Source: Candidatus Rokuibacteriota bacterium
GTDB lineage: Bacteria > Methylomirabilota > Methylomirabilia > Rokubacteriales > CSP1-6
DNA length: 64,000 bases
NCBI GenBank assembly: GCA_016188005.1
Contig: JACPIQ010000008.1
Coordinates: 256,509-320,508 of the forward strand
Direction of reading: 5' to 3'
Below are positions 1 to 8,784 of this stretch, piece by piece. The position numbers were made by a program, and so were the translations under genes. Numbering within the stretch: position 1 is the first letter of the stretch; each line of letters starts with the position of its first letter. The notes under the pieces are model-generated. The model did no database searches. It was not told the DNA's origin and was given only the letters and a program-made list of their open reading frames with translations.

Positions 1-508
1 CGTCCTTGTAGGCCCCGGCCTTCACCACGACATACTCGACGCCCACCTTCTTGAGCAGCCCCTCGAGATTGGCCATCTGCATGATCACGCCGATGGAGCC
101 CGTGAGGGTCCCCGGGTTGGCGTAGATGCGGTCCGCCGCGGTGGCGATGTAGTAGCCGCCCGACGCCGCCACCGCGGCCAGCGAGGCCACCACGGGCTTT
201 CCAGCCTTCCGCACCTGCTGCACCGCCGAGAAGATCTCCTGCGTCGGCCCCACCACGCCGCCCGGGCTGTTCACCCGGAGGACGACCGCGCGCACCGCCG
301 GATTGTCCATGTGCTCGCGCAGTTCCCGCACCGTGGCGTCGCCGTCCACGATGATCCCTTCCACCTCCACGATCGCCACTCGAGGGCCGCCAGGCAGCGC
401 GCCGTCCTCCAGCACCGCCATCAGGGCCCAGACCGTCACCAGGAACACGGCGAGGATGAGAGCCGTCAGCCCGAGCCCGAGCAGCAGGCTGCGGACGCGA
501 GAGGTCAT
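1..508 (-). CDS. sppA: signal peptide peptidase SppA (36K type), N-terminal ~169 aa; the C-terminus lies beyond the window start
   Basis: My translation of the reverse complement from the ATG at 508..506 gives MTSRVRSLLLGLGLTALILAVFLV...VASLAAVAASGGYYIATAADRIYANPGTLTGSIGVIMQ, which is the SppA/S49 serine peptidase core with an N-terminal TM segment. It is not in the ORF track because it is truncated by the window edge. It starts 3 nt after the rpsA stop. Confidence 0.8.
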   Translation of the reverse strand, partial: MTSRVRSLLLGLGLTALILAVFLVTVWALMAVLEDGALPGGPRVAIVEVEGIIVDGDATVRELREHMDNPAVRAVVLRVNSPGGVVGPTQEIFSAVQQVRKAGKPVVASLAAVAASGGYYIATAADRIYANPGTLTGSIGVIMQMANLEGLLKKVGVEYVVVKAGAYKD

Positions 509-511
509 GCG

Positions 512-2221
512 CTAGTCCTCGTCGTCGAAGTCGTCGTCCGTCCGGCGCTTGCGTCCCTTCCCCCGACCCCGCGACTCTTGCTGCTGCGGCTCCTCCATCA
601 CGGCGGCCGCCAGCTCCTTCAGCGACAGCCCGATCCGACGCTCGTTGGGATCCACGCGGATCACGAGGAGCGTCAGCTCGTCCCCCACGTTGACGATCTC
701 CGAAGGCGAGCCGATGGGCCGGCTGGACATCTGGGAGATGTGCAGGAGGCCGTCCACCCCGGGTTCCAGCTCCACGAAGGCGCCGAAATCGGTGAGCCGC
801 ACGACCTTGCCGGTCACCCGCGAACCCATGGGGTAGCGCTGGGCAACGCTCTCCCAGGGATCGGGCTGGATCTGCTTGAGTCCGAGGGAGATGCGCTTGT
901 TCTCCCGGTCGACGTTGAGGATCTGCGTGTCGATCGCCTGGCCCTTCTTGAGCAGCTCGGAGGGGTGGCCGATATTCCGCGTCCAGGACATGTCGGAGAT
1001 GTGCAGGAGGCCGTCCACCCCGGGCTCCAGCTCCACGAAGGCGCCGAAATCGGTGAGGTTGCGCACCCGGCCCTGCAGGCGCTGCCCGGGCGTGTAGCGC
1101 TCGTCGATGGTGGTCCAGGGGTCGCTCTCCACCTGCTTCATCCCGAGCGAGATTCGCTTCGTCGCCTTGTTGACATCGAGGACCTGCACCTCGACGGTGT
1201 CCCCCACGTTGACCAGCTTCGAGGGGTGGCGCACCCGCCGCGTCCAGGACATCTCGGAGACGTGCACGAGCCCCTCGACGCCGGGCTCCAGCTCGATGAA
1301 GGCGCCGTAGTTGGTGAGGCTCACGACGCGGCCCTGGACCTTGCCGCCCACCGGGTAGCGCTGGTCCACCGTGGCCCAGGGATCCGAGGACTTCTGCTTG
1401 TAGCCCAGGGACACCCGCCCCGTCTCCCGGTCGAAGTGCAGGACCACCACCTCGACCTGGTCGCCGACCTGGAAGATCTCCGAGGGGTGCCCGATCCGCC
1501 CCCACGACATGTCGGTGACGTGGAGCAGCCCGTCGATGCCGCCGAGATCGATGAAGGCGCCGTAGTCGGTGATGTTCTTCACCGCCCCGGTCAGCACCAT
1601 GCCCTCGCTCAGGACTGCGAGCGTGTGCTTCTTCTTCTCCTCCCGCTCCTCCTCCAGCACGGTCCGGCGCGAGAGCACCACGTTGCCGCGCCGACGATTC
1701 AGCTTGATGACCTTGGCGCGGATGGTCTGCCCCACCAGGGAGTTCAGGTTCTTCACGGGCCGGAGATCCACCTGGGAGCCTGGCAGGAAGGCCCGGACAC
1801 CGACGTCGACGGCCAGCCCCCCCTTGACCACCTCGACCACGCGCCCCTCGACGGGGGTACCGCTCTCGTAGGAGCGCGAGATGGCATCCCAGACCTTGAT
1901 CTTGTCCGCCTTGTCCTTGGACAGGACGATCAGCCCCTCGTTGTCCTCCTTGGCCTCCAGGTAGACCTCGATCTCGTCCCCCACCTTGGGCGCGCCGGCG
2001 TGGCGGAATTCCTCGATCGGGATGGTCCCCTCGCTCTTGTAGCCGATGTCCACGAGCACCTCACTGTCGCGCACCTCCACGACCCGCCCGCGGACCACCT
2101 CGCCCTCCTCGATGTCGCTCACCCCCCTGGCGAACCACTCCTCCATGGTCTCTTCCCGGGTCTCTCCCACCTCCTTCTGACTGGCCGTGGGGCCCTGCGC
2201 CTTCCGGTCGTCCGTCTCCAT
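512..2221 (-). CDS. rpsA: 30S ribosomal protein S1
   Basis: 569 aa with six S1 domains and repeated DFGAFVELEPGVDGLLHIS(D/Q)MSW motifs. ATG start confirmed at 2221; an alternative in-frame ATG lies at 2146. Conserved cmk-rpsA adjacency. Confidence 0.95.
   Translation of the reverse strand: METDDRKAQGPTASQKEVGETREETMEEWFARGVSDIEEGEVVRGRVVEVRDSEVLVDIGYKSEGTIPIEEFRHAGAPKVGDEIEVYLEAKEDNEGLIVLSKDKADKIKVWDAISRSYESGTPVEGRVVEVVKGGLAVDVGVRAFLPGSQVDLRPVKNLNSLVGQTIRAKVIKLNRRRGNVVLSRRTVLEEEREEKKKHTLAVLSEGMVLTGAVKNITDYGAFIDLGGIDGLLHVTDMSWGRIGHPSEIFQVGDQVEVVVLHFDRETGRVSLGYKQKSSDPWATVDQRYPVGGKVQGRVVSLTNYGAFIELEPGVEGLVHVSEMSWTRRVRHPSKLVNVGDTVEVQVLDVNKATKRISLGMKQVESDPWTTIDERYTPGQRLQGRVRNLTDFGAFVELEPGVDGLLHISDMSWTRNIGHPSELLKKGQAIDTQILNVDRENKRISLGLKQIQPDPWESVAQRYPMGSRVTGKVVRLTDFGAFVELEPGVDGLLHISQMSSRPIGSPSEIVNVGDELTLLVIRVDPNERRIGLSLKELAAAVMEEPQQQESRGRGKGRKRRTDDDFDDED
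727..1056. repeat. rpsA: intragenic direct repeat in rpsA (70 nt, 3 mismatches: 727..796 vs 987..1056), encoding the DFGAFVELEPGVDGLLHIS segment of adjacent S1 domains
   Basis: Direct comparison of the two stretches shows acat[ctgg/gtcg]gagatgtgcaggaggccgtccaccccggg[t/c]tccagctccacgaaggcgccgaaatcggtgag. A third, more diverged copy lies near 1250. Confidence 0.6.
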
Positions 2222-2296
2222 ACTGTGCTGACTTCCCCCTTTGGTGGATATCGCCGGCGCGGGGATCTCCCCCGCGCCTTGCGTCGAACCCGCACT

Positions 2297-2908
2297 CTAC
2301 CCGGTGGCCTCGCCGAGCTGCGCGATGGCGCGCATCATCTCCTCGGTCGCCTCCCGGTACCGCTCCTTCCGCCCTCCTGCCGCCTCCGCCTTGACGGAGA
2401 GCGGCGACCCGAAGGTCACCCGGACCTTGACGGGCCGCGGGATCAGCCGCCCGCGGGGCAGCGCGCGCCCCGAGCCCGACACGTAGGCCGGTACCACCGG
2501 CGCGCCGCTCACGACCGCAAGCATGCCGACCCCGGGCTTGCCCTCGCTCAGCCTCCCCTCTTCCCCGCGCGTGCCCTCGGGGAAGACCAGCAGCGCCTTG
2601 CCCTCTTCCAGGACTCGCAGCGCCGCCTTGAGCGCCCTGGCGTCGCCCCCTTCGCGGCGTACCGGCCGGGCGTTGACCGCCCGCAGCAGCCGGCCCAGGA
2701 GCGGGATGTCGAACAGCTCGGCCTTGGCCATGAAGCAGAGCTGCCTGCGGCAGGCCCCGCCCACCACCGGCGGGTCGAGGAGGCTCACGTGATTGGCCAC
2801 GATGAGCACGGGTCCAGCCATCGGCACCCGGTCCGCGCCCCTGATCTCCAGCCTGAAGAGCAGGCGCATCAGCGCCACGGCGATCGGCTTCAGGAGGTTG
2901 TACAGCAC
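2297..2908 (-). CDS. plsC: 1-acyl-sn-glycerol-3-phosphate acyltransferase (PlsC/LPLAT family); start uncertain
   Basis: C-terminal part of the 431-aa track ORF: ...LIVANHVSLLDPPVVGG...FPEGTRG...PVVPAYVSG carries the NHxxxxD and FPEGTR acyltransferase motifs. The first 228 codons of the track ORF are an out-of-frame read-through of cmk. Candidate starts are GTG 2908 and ATG 2869. Confidence 0.75.
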   Translation of the reverse strand: MLYNLLKPIAVALMRLLFRLEIRGADRVPMAGPVLIVANHVSLLDPPVVGGACRRQLCFMAKAELFDIPLLGRLLRAVNARPVRREGGDARALKAALRVLEEGKALLVFPEGTRGEEGRLSEGKPGVGMLAVVSGAPVVPAYVSGSGRALPRGRLIPRPVKVRVTFGSPLSVKAEAAGGRKERYREATEEMMRAIAQLGEATG

Positions 2909-3576
2909 CGCACCCGCTCGACCTCCTCCAGGAGCCTCCTCAGCACCGCCTCTGGCGCCAGCGCCGTGGAGTCCACCAGCACGGCTCCTGGCGGCCTGAC
3001 CAGGGGGGCCAGCGCCCGTGCCATGTCCTGCCGGTCGCGCCTCAGCACCTCTTCCCGCACCGAGGCCAGGTCCATGACGACGCCGCCCGCCGTCAGCTCT
3101 TCCTGGCGCCGCCGCGCTCGCGTCTCGATGTCGGCGTCGAGGTAGAACTTCACGTCGGCGTCGGGGCAGACGACGCTGCCCGTGTCCCGCCCTTCCAGCA
3201 CCACGCCGCCCGCGGCGGCCAGGGCGCGCTGCAGCGGCGTGAGCTTGTCGCGCACCGGGGCCAGGGCCGTCAGGACGGAGGTCAGCTCCCCGATGGCCGG
3301 CGTCCTGATCTCTGCGGTGACGTCCCGCCCGTTCACCAGCACCCTGTCCCCCGCCAGCTCCACCGTGGTCCGGTCCAGAAGACCCCGGAGTGAGGCGCCG
3401 TCCTCGGGAGCGATCCCCGCCTGCTGGACTGCCCATGCCAGCCCCCGGTACATGGCGCCCGTGTCCAGCAGTCTGAACCCCAGCCGCCTCGCCAGCTCGC
3501 GAGCCGCGCTGGACTTGCCCGCCCCCGCCGGCCCGTCGATCGTCACGACGGGTGCCTTCCGGCGGCGGCCCTTCAC
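2890..3576 (-). CDS. cmk: cytidylate kinase
   Basis: MKGRRRKAPVVTIDGPAGAGKSS...P-loop, full-length Cmk homology. GTG start whose 4-nt GTGA overlaps the aroA stop. Confidence 0.9.
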   Translation of the reverse strand: MKGRRRKAPVVTIDGPAGAGKSSAARELARRLGFRLLDTGAMYRGLAWAVQQAGIAPEDGASLRGLLDRTTVELAGDRVLVNGRDVTAEIRTPAIGELTSVLTALAPVRDKLTPLQRALAAAGGVVLEGRDTGSVVCPDADVKFYLDADIETRARRRQEELTAGGVVMDLASVREEVLRRDRQDMARALAPLVRPPGAVLVDSTALAPEAVLRRLLEEVERVRCCTTS

Positions 3577-4898
3577 GCCGACGCCCGCGCACAGGTACCG
3601 CCCGCCAAGGCGTTCACGGCGTCGACGAACCCCGGGAAGGAGGTGGCGATGCAGCCCGTATCCTCCACCACCGTCTCCCCTTCTGCAAGCATTCCTGCTA
3701 TCACCAGCGCCATGGCCATCCGGTGATCTCCACCGCTCGAGACGGCGGCGCCGCGCAGCGGCCTGCCCCCCTGGATCCGCAGCCCGTCATGGTGCTCGGT
3801 GATCGCGGCACCCATCCGCCCGAGCTCGGAGGCGATGGCGCCGATGCGATCGGACTCCTTCACGCGAAGCTCGGCCGCGTCGCGGATCTCCGTGACACCC
3901 TCCGCGAGGCAGGCGGCCACAGCCAGGGCCGGGATCTCGTCGATGAGCCGCGGGACGAGAGAGCCCCCGACGCTCGTGCCGCTTAGCCGCGCCGAGGTCA
4001 CGCCGAGGTCTGCCGCCGGCTCGGCGCTGATGGTGCCGGCCCCTGCCCCGCTCTCCTGCCTGGAGATATGCGCCCCCATCTGGGCGAGCACGTCCAGCAG
4101 CCCCGTCCGCGTCGGATTCACCCCCACGCCCTTCACGCTCAGCACCGCGTCGGGGACGAGCGTTCCCGCCACGAGAAAGAAGGCCGCGGCGGAGATGTCG
4201 CCGGGCACGGCGACCGGCTGCCCGGTGAGGGCACCCCCGGGGCGCAGCGTGACCGCCCCCTCCTCGGCCGACAGGCGGGCTCCGAAGGCGCTCAGCATAC
4301 GTTCGGTGTGGTCGCGAGACGGCGCGGGCTCCTCCACCGTCACCGGCCCGTCGGCCCAGAGCCCCGCCAGGAGGAGCGCGGTCTTGACCTGGGCCGAGGC
4401 CACCGGCGAGGCGAAGCGGAGCCCGCGGAGCGGCCGGGCGCCACTGACGGCCAGCGGCAGGCGGCTGCCCCCCTGCCGGCCCACCACGGTGGCCCCCATC
4501 TGCCTGAGCGGGACGGCCACGCGCTCCATCGGCCGCCCGCGGAGAGAGGCATCCCCCGTGAGCACGGTCCAGAAGGGCTGACCGGCGAGGACGCCCATGA
4601 GCAGCCGCGCAGTCGTGCCCGAGTTGCCGCAGTCGATGACGTCCTCGGGCTCGGTCAGGGCCTCTGGGCCCTCGGCGTCAACCAGATAGTGCCCCGGCCC
4701 TTTCCGCGTCACCGTCGCCCCGAGGGCGCGCACGGCCCTGAGCGTGGCGAGGCAGTCCTCGCCCTCGAGAAAACCCGTGATCTCCGTCCTGCCCGTCGCC
4801 AGCGCGCCGAAGAGGGCCGCCCGGTGGGAGATGGACTTGTCGCCGGGGACCGCCACCCCCCCGCGCAGCCGTGTGACCGGCCTGACGTGGATCCTCAC
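3573..4898 (-). CDS. aroA: 3-phosphoshikimate 1-carboxyvinyltransferase (EPSP synthase)
   Basis: VPGDKSISHRAALFGALA...full EPSPS fold. Trimmed to the GTG at 4898, which forms a GTGA overlap with the tyrA stop. The upstream 53 codons of the track ORF overlap tyrA. Confidence 0.9.
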   Translation of the reverse strand: MRIHVRPVTRLRGGVAVPGDKSISHRAALFGALATGRTEITGFLEGEDCLATLRAVRALGATVTRKGPGHYLVDAEGPEALTEPEDVIDCGNSGTTARLLMGVLAGQPFWTVLTGDASLRGRPMERVAVPLRQMGATVVGRQGGSRLPLAVSGARPLRGLRFASPVASAQVKTALLLAGLWADGPVTVEEPAPSRDHTERMLSAFGARLSAEEGAVTLRPGGALTGQPVAVPGDISAAAFFLVAGTLVPDAVLSVKGVGVNPTRTGLLDVLAQMGAHISRQESGAGAGTISAEPAADLGVTSARLSGTSVGGSLVPRLIDEIPALAVAACLAEGVTEIRDAAELRVKESDRIGAIASELGRMGAAITEHHDGLRIQGGRPLRGAAVSSGGDHRMAMALVIAGMLAEGETVVEDTGCIATSFPGFVDAVNALAGGTCARASA

Positions 4899-5743
4899 GC
4901 GAGCCGCTCCCGTGCCTGCCGGATGCGGTCGAGCTCCCGCTCCACGGCGGCGCCCTCGCCGGCGGCGATCAACCCCTCGAGGTGGTCGAGCGACTTCCTG
5001 AACGCCGCAACCGCCTCTGTCAGCGCTGCGCGGTTCTCCAGGAAGATCTCCCGCCACACGGCGGGGCTCGAGGCCGCGATCCTGGTCGTGTCCTTGAAGC
5101 CGCGCGCCGCCACGTCCAGGAAGGCCGGATCCATGCGAAGCGCCGCGTCCACCAGCGCGCCGGCCACGAGGTGCGGCAGGTGGCTCACGGCCGCCACCGC
5201 CCGGTCGTGGGTGGCCGCATCCAGCGTGATGACGCGTCCACCGAGCGCCTCCCAGAAACCGCGCACCCTGGCCATCGCGTCGCCGTCGCTCGTTCCCGCC
5301 GGTGTCAGGATGACCAGCGCACCGCGAAACAGGTCGGCGCGAGCGATGGCGTAGCCGGACAGCTCCGAGCCGGCCATGGGATGGCCGCCGACGAAGCGCA
5401 GCGGGCGGGAACCGGCCAGCCGCTCGGCCGTCTGGACGATGCGCCCCTTGGTGCTTCCCACGTCCGTGATCACGGCGTCACGGGGCGCTGCCTGCCACAC
5501 GGCCGGCAAGAGGGATTCGAGGGTCGCCACCGGCGTGGCCAGGAGGCAGAAGTCGGAGCCCTGGACCCCCGCGGTCACGTCCGTCGTGATCCGGTCCACC
5601 ACCCCGTCCCGGAGCGCCGGCTCCAGGCTCTCGCGGCGCCGCCCAATTGCCACGATCTCGCGCGCGAGGGAAGCCTCGCGCGCCGCCTTCGCGACGGAGC
5701 CCCCGAGGAGCCCGAGGCCGACGACGGAGAGCCGGCGGATCAC
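4895..5743 (-). CDS. tyrA: prephenate dehydrogenase
   Basis: MIRRLSVVGLGLLGGS Rossmann motif plus a PDH domain. GTG start overlapping the hisC stop (GTGA). Confidence 0.85.
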   Translation of the reverse strand: MIRRLSVVGLGLLGGSVAKAAREASLAREIVAIGRRRESLEPALRDGVVDRITTDVTAGVQGSDFCLLATPVATLESLLPAVWQAAPRDAVITDVGSTKGRIVQTAERLAGSRPLRFVGGHPMAGSELSGYAIARADLFRGALVILTPAGTSDGDAMARVRGFWEALGGRVITLDAATHDRAVAAVSHLPHLVAGALVDAALRMDPAFLDVAARGFKDTTRIAASSPAVWREIFLENRAALTEAVAAFRKSLDHLEGLIAAGEGAAVERELDRIRQARERLA

Positions 5744-6855
5744 GCGCCCGCGACCTCCGGGAGCACCTTTCGCAGCGCCTTCATGAGCCGCCGGTTCTCC
5801 TCCGGCGTGCCCACGGTGACGCGCAGCGCGTTCTCCATTCCGAAGCTCGTCATGGGGCGGACGATGACGCCCTCGCGGAGCAGCCGGCCGTAGACGTCCA
5901 TCGCGTTCCGGCCCACATCCACCAGGATGAAGTTGGCGCGCGAGGGCGTGTACCTGAGGCCCAGCGAGGCGAACTCGTCATAGAGGAAGGCGCGCCCCGC
6001 CTCGTTCATGCGCAGGCACTCGAGGATGTGTGCGTCGTCCTCGAGCGCCGCCAGCGCCGCGACCTGGGCCAGCGAGTTCACGTTGAACGGGGCGCGGATC
6101 CGGTTGAGGAGCGCCACGCAGTCGGGCGCGGCCACGGCATACCCCACCCGGAGTCCGGCCAGGCTCGCCGCCTTGGAGAAGGTGCGAAGGATCACGACCT
6201 TCCGTCCCTCGCGGAGGTAGGCGAGAGTATCGGGGAAGTCGGGCCCCTGGGCGAACTCGATGTAGGCCTCGTCGAACACCACGATGACCCGGTCCGGAAC
6301 GCGGGCCATGAACTCCTCCACCTCCGCGGCCGTGACGATGGTGGCGGTGGGGTTGTTGGGGTTCGCGATGAAGACCATCTTCGTCATGGGCGTGATCGCG
6401 CGGCCCATGGCCTCCAGGTCGAGCCGGTGCTCCTTGAGGGTCACCACGACGCGGATGCCGCCCACGGCCTGGACGATCATCGGGTAGACGACGAACGAGG
6501 GGTGCGGGATCACGACCTCCTCGCCAGGCCGCACGAATGCCCGGACGAGCAGCTCGATGAGCTCGTTGGAGCCGTTGCCGAGCACGATGTCGTCGGGCTT
6601 GACCCCGTGCCGCCGGGCCAGCGCCTCCCGGAGGTAGAATCCCCCGCCGTCGGGATAGCGGTTCAGCTGGCCCAGCGCGGCCGCGACGGCCTTCTGGACG
6701 CGTTCCGATGGCGGCAGGGGGTTCTCGTTGGAGGCGAGCTTGATGGCGTCCTTGATGGCCAACTCGCGCTCCAGCTCCTCGATGGGCTTCCCCGGCTCAT
6801 ACGGGGCGATGCCGAGGATGTGGTCGTTGGCCAGCGATTCCCAGGAGGCGGGCAT
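5740..6855 (-). CDS. hisC: histidinol-phosphate/aromatic aminotransferase (class II PLP aminotransferase)
   Basis: ...LASNENPLPPS...TFSKAASLAGLRVGYA motifs. ATG at 6855 is preceded by AAGGAG with a 6-nt spacer, 10 nt after the pheA TAA. hisC-tyrA-aroA order as in the Bacillus trp supraoperon. Confidence 0.85.
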   Translation of the reverse strand: MPASWESLANDHILGIAPYEPGKPIEELERELAIKDAIKLASNENPLPPSERVQKAVAAALGQLNRYPDGGGFYLREALARRHGVKPDDIVLGNGSNELIELLVRAFVRPGEEVVIPHPSFVVYPMIVQAVGGIRVVVTLKEHRLDLEAMGRAITPMTKMVFIANPNNPTATIVTAAEVEEFMARVPDRVIVVFDEAYIEFAQGPDFPDTLAYLREGRKVVILRTFSKAASLAGLRVGYAVAAPDCVALLNRIRAPFNVNSLAQVAALAALEDDAHILECLRMNEAGRAFLYDEFASLGLRYTPSRANFILVDVGRNAMDVYGRLLREGVIVRPMTSFGMENALRVTVGTPEENRRLMKALRKVLPEVAGA

Positions 6856-6865
6856 GGAGAGCTCC

Positions 6866-7927
6866 TTATGCGGCCGGGTAGGATCCAAGAACCTTGAGGA
6901 ACTGGCAGCGCTCCGTGACGGCCGCGAGCGCTGCCCTCACCACCTCGGTGTCCCGGTGCCCCTCGAAGTCCACGAAGTTCACGTACTCCCAGGGGCGTCG
7001 CTTGGTCGGCCGCGACTCGATCTTGGTCAGGTTGAGCCTGCGCTCGGCGAAGGGGCGCAGGATGCTGTAGAGGACGCCGGGCTCGTTGCGCATGGAGAAG
7101 AGAATGGAGGTCTTGTCCCGTCCGGTTGGCGGCACGGGCCGTCGTCCCAGCACCAGGAAGCGGGTGGAGTTGTACGGGTTGTCCTCGATGCGCCGCCGCA
7201 GCACGGGGACATCGTGCAGGCGCGCGGCCATCTCCGAGGCGATGGCAGCCACCGTGGGTTCGTCCTTGGCGCGCACGGCCGCGGCGGATGTCGAGGAGGT
7301 CTCCTCGGTCCGGGCCTTCCCGAGGTTGGCGGCGAGCCATTGCCGGCACTGGGCGAGGGCCTGCGGGTGCGAGCAGACCGTCTTGACCTCGTCCAGGGTG
7401 CCCGCCCGGGAGAGGAGGTGATGGGTGATCTCCAGCGTGATCTCGCCGGTGATCAGCGCCTCGCAGTCGAGCAGCCGATCGAGCGTGATGTTGACGGGCC
7501 CCTCGGTGGAGTTCTCCACCGGCACCACGCCGAGCTCGGCGCGGCCCCGCTCGACCTCGTCGAACACCTCGCCGATGCTGCGGACCGCCACGAAGGCCGC
7601 GGAGGATCCGAAGCGTTGCGCGGCCGCCTGGTGGGTGTGGGTGCCGGGCGGGCCAAAGTAGGCTACCGGCAGCGGGTTCTCCAGGGCCAGAGAGGCCGAG
7701 AGGATCTCCCGCCAGATGGCCCTGAGTGCCTCAGCCGGGAGCGGGCCACCGTTGAGCGCCGCGAGGCGCTCCAGGACCTGCGCCTCGCGCTCGGGGACGA
7801 AGTACGGGAGGGCTTGCTGCCTCTTGAGCTCGCCGATCTCGAGGGCGGCGTCTGCGCGCTGGTTGAGGAGGTGGAGGATCTCTTCGTCGAGGGTGTTGAT
7901 CCTGGAGCGCAAATCGCCCAGGTTCAT
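6866..7927 (-). CDS. pheA: chorismate mutase / prephenate dehydratase (P-protein)
   Basis: MNLGDLRSRINTLDEEILHLLNQRA is the CM domain. PDT and ACT domains follow (TRF, ESRP motifs). Trimmed to the ATG at 7927, which overlaps the rluB stop (ATGA). Confidence 0.9.
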   Translation of the reverse strand: MNLGDLRSRINTLDEEILHLLNQRADAALEIGELKRQQALPYFVPEREAQVLERLAALNGGPLPAEALRAIWREILSASLALENPLPVAYFGPPGTHTHQAAAQRFGSSAAFVAVRSIGEVFDEVERGRAELGVVPVENSTEGPVNITLDRLLDCEALITGEITLEITHHLLSRAGTLDEVKTVCSHPQALAQCRQWLAANLGKARTEETSSTSAAAVRAKDEPTVAAIASEMAARLHDVPVLRRRIEDNPYNSTRFLVLGRRPVPPTGRDKTSILFSMRNEPGVLYSILRPFAERRLNLTKIESRPTKRRPWEYVNFVDFEGHRDTEVVRAALAAVTERCQFLKVLGSYPAA

Positions 7928-8784
7928 AAAAGCTCCTGACTCGCCTCGGTCGGCAACCCCTGCATTGTAGGGGATGAGTCCGGGCCGCGCAAGCCTCTCA
8001 GCGCCCCCAGTTCCGCGGCCGTCAGCGGGCGGCTTTCCCCCACCCGCAGCCGCCCGAGCCGCAGGGGGCCGAATGCGACGCGGACGAGGCGGTGCACCGG
8101 ATGCCCCAGCGCCTGGCAGTATCGCTTGACCTCGCGGTTGCGCCCCTCCCCGAAGGTCAGCCGGAGGCGCGTCCCCCGGGGGCCGGCCCCGAGGATGGTC
8201 ACCGCGGCAGGGACGGCGGGCCCGTCGGACAGGGTGACGCCCCGGCGCCACCTGCCGAGATCCGCCGGCCTCACCCGTCCCTCCACCTCCGCCTCGTAGA
8301 CCCGGGGAATCTCGTACCGCGGGTGAAGGAGCCGGTGGGCGAGGGCTCCGTCGTTGGTGAGCAGGAGCAGGCCCTCGGCATCGTAGTCGAGGCGACCCAC
8401 CGGGAAGAGCCGCGGCCCCCGGCCACGCACCAGGTCGAGCACGACGGGCCGGCCGCCAGGGTCGCCGGCGCTGCTGAGGTACCCGCGCGGCTTGTGCAGC
8501 AGCAGGTACGTCTTGGGCTCGACGGCGGGCAGCGCGCGGCCGTCCACGGCGATCACGTCCACGCCCGGATCGGCCTGCGCACCCGGCTCCAGGCGCACCC
8601 GGCCGTTGACCGTCACGCGCCCCTGGGCCAGGAGCGCCTCACCCCCGCGGCGCGACGTCAGCCCCGACTGCGCCAGGATCTTGCTGAGGCGGATCTGCGC
8701 CAGCGGCCGGCTCCCCCCTCTGCCCTTCTCGCCCGGCGACAGCCGGCGCCGCGCTGCCCTCGCCGCTTCCGCCGGGCACAGCAC
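7924..8784 (-). CDS. rluB: 23S rRNA pseudouridine synthase (RsuA/RluB family); the true start is probably downstream, near 8703
   Basis: S4 domain IRLSKILAQSGLTSRRGGEALLAQGRVTVNG followed by a PseudoU_synth_2 core (LHKPRGYL...GRLDYDAEGLLLLTNDG). The GTG at 8784 overlaps scpB by 145 nt. A GGGGGGAG Shine-Dalgarno-like run precedes a CTG (8703) and an ATC (8694) at the homology-predicted N-terminus. Confidence 0.75.
   Translation of the reverse strand: MLCPAEAARAARRRLSPGEKGRGGSRPLAQIRLSKILAQSGLTSRRGGEALLAQGRVTVNGRVRLEPGAQADPGVDVIAVDGRALPAVEPKTYLLLHKPRGYLSSAGDPGGRPVVLDLVRGRGPRLFPVGRLDYDAEGLLLLTNDGALAHRLLHPRYEIPRVYEAEVEGRVRPADLGRWRRGVTLSDGPAVPAAVTILGAGPRGTRLRLTFGEGRNREVKRYCQALGHPVHRLVRVAFGPLRLGRLRVGESRPLTAAELGALRGLRGPDSSPTMQGLPTEASQELL

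Noticed and set aside
311-3145. 944-aa plus-strand ORF, with similar giant plus-strand ORFs at 18571..20763 (730 aa), 30640..32802 (720 aa), 42968..45370 (800 aa) and 37037..39286 (749 aa)
   Set aside because: They are antisense to well-supported minus-strand genes (rpsA, GT4s, bamA, ribBA/ribE/ribD, lysS/prfB). They are Arg/Pro/Ala/Gly/His-rich low-complexity translations with no family resemblance. Long open frames are expected by chance at about 70% GC.
5740-6888. hisC start at the first ATG (6888), overlapping pheA by 23 nt
   Set aside because: The ATG at 6855 is preceded by a canonical AAGGAG SD with a 6-nt spacer, immediately after the pheA TAA, so it is the more parsimonious start.
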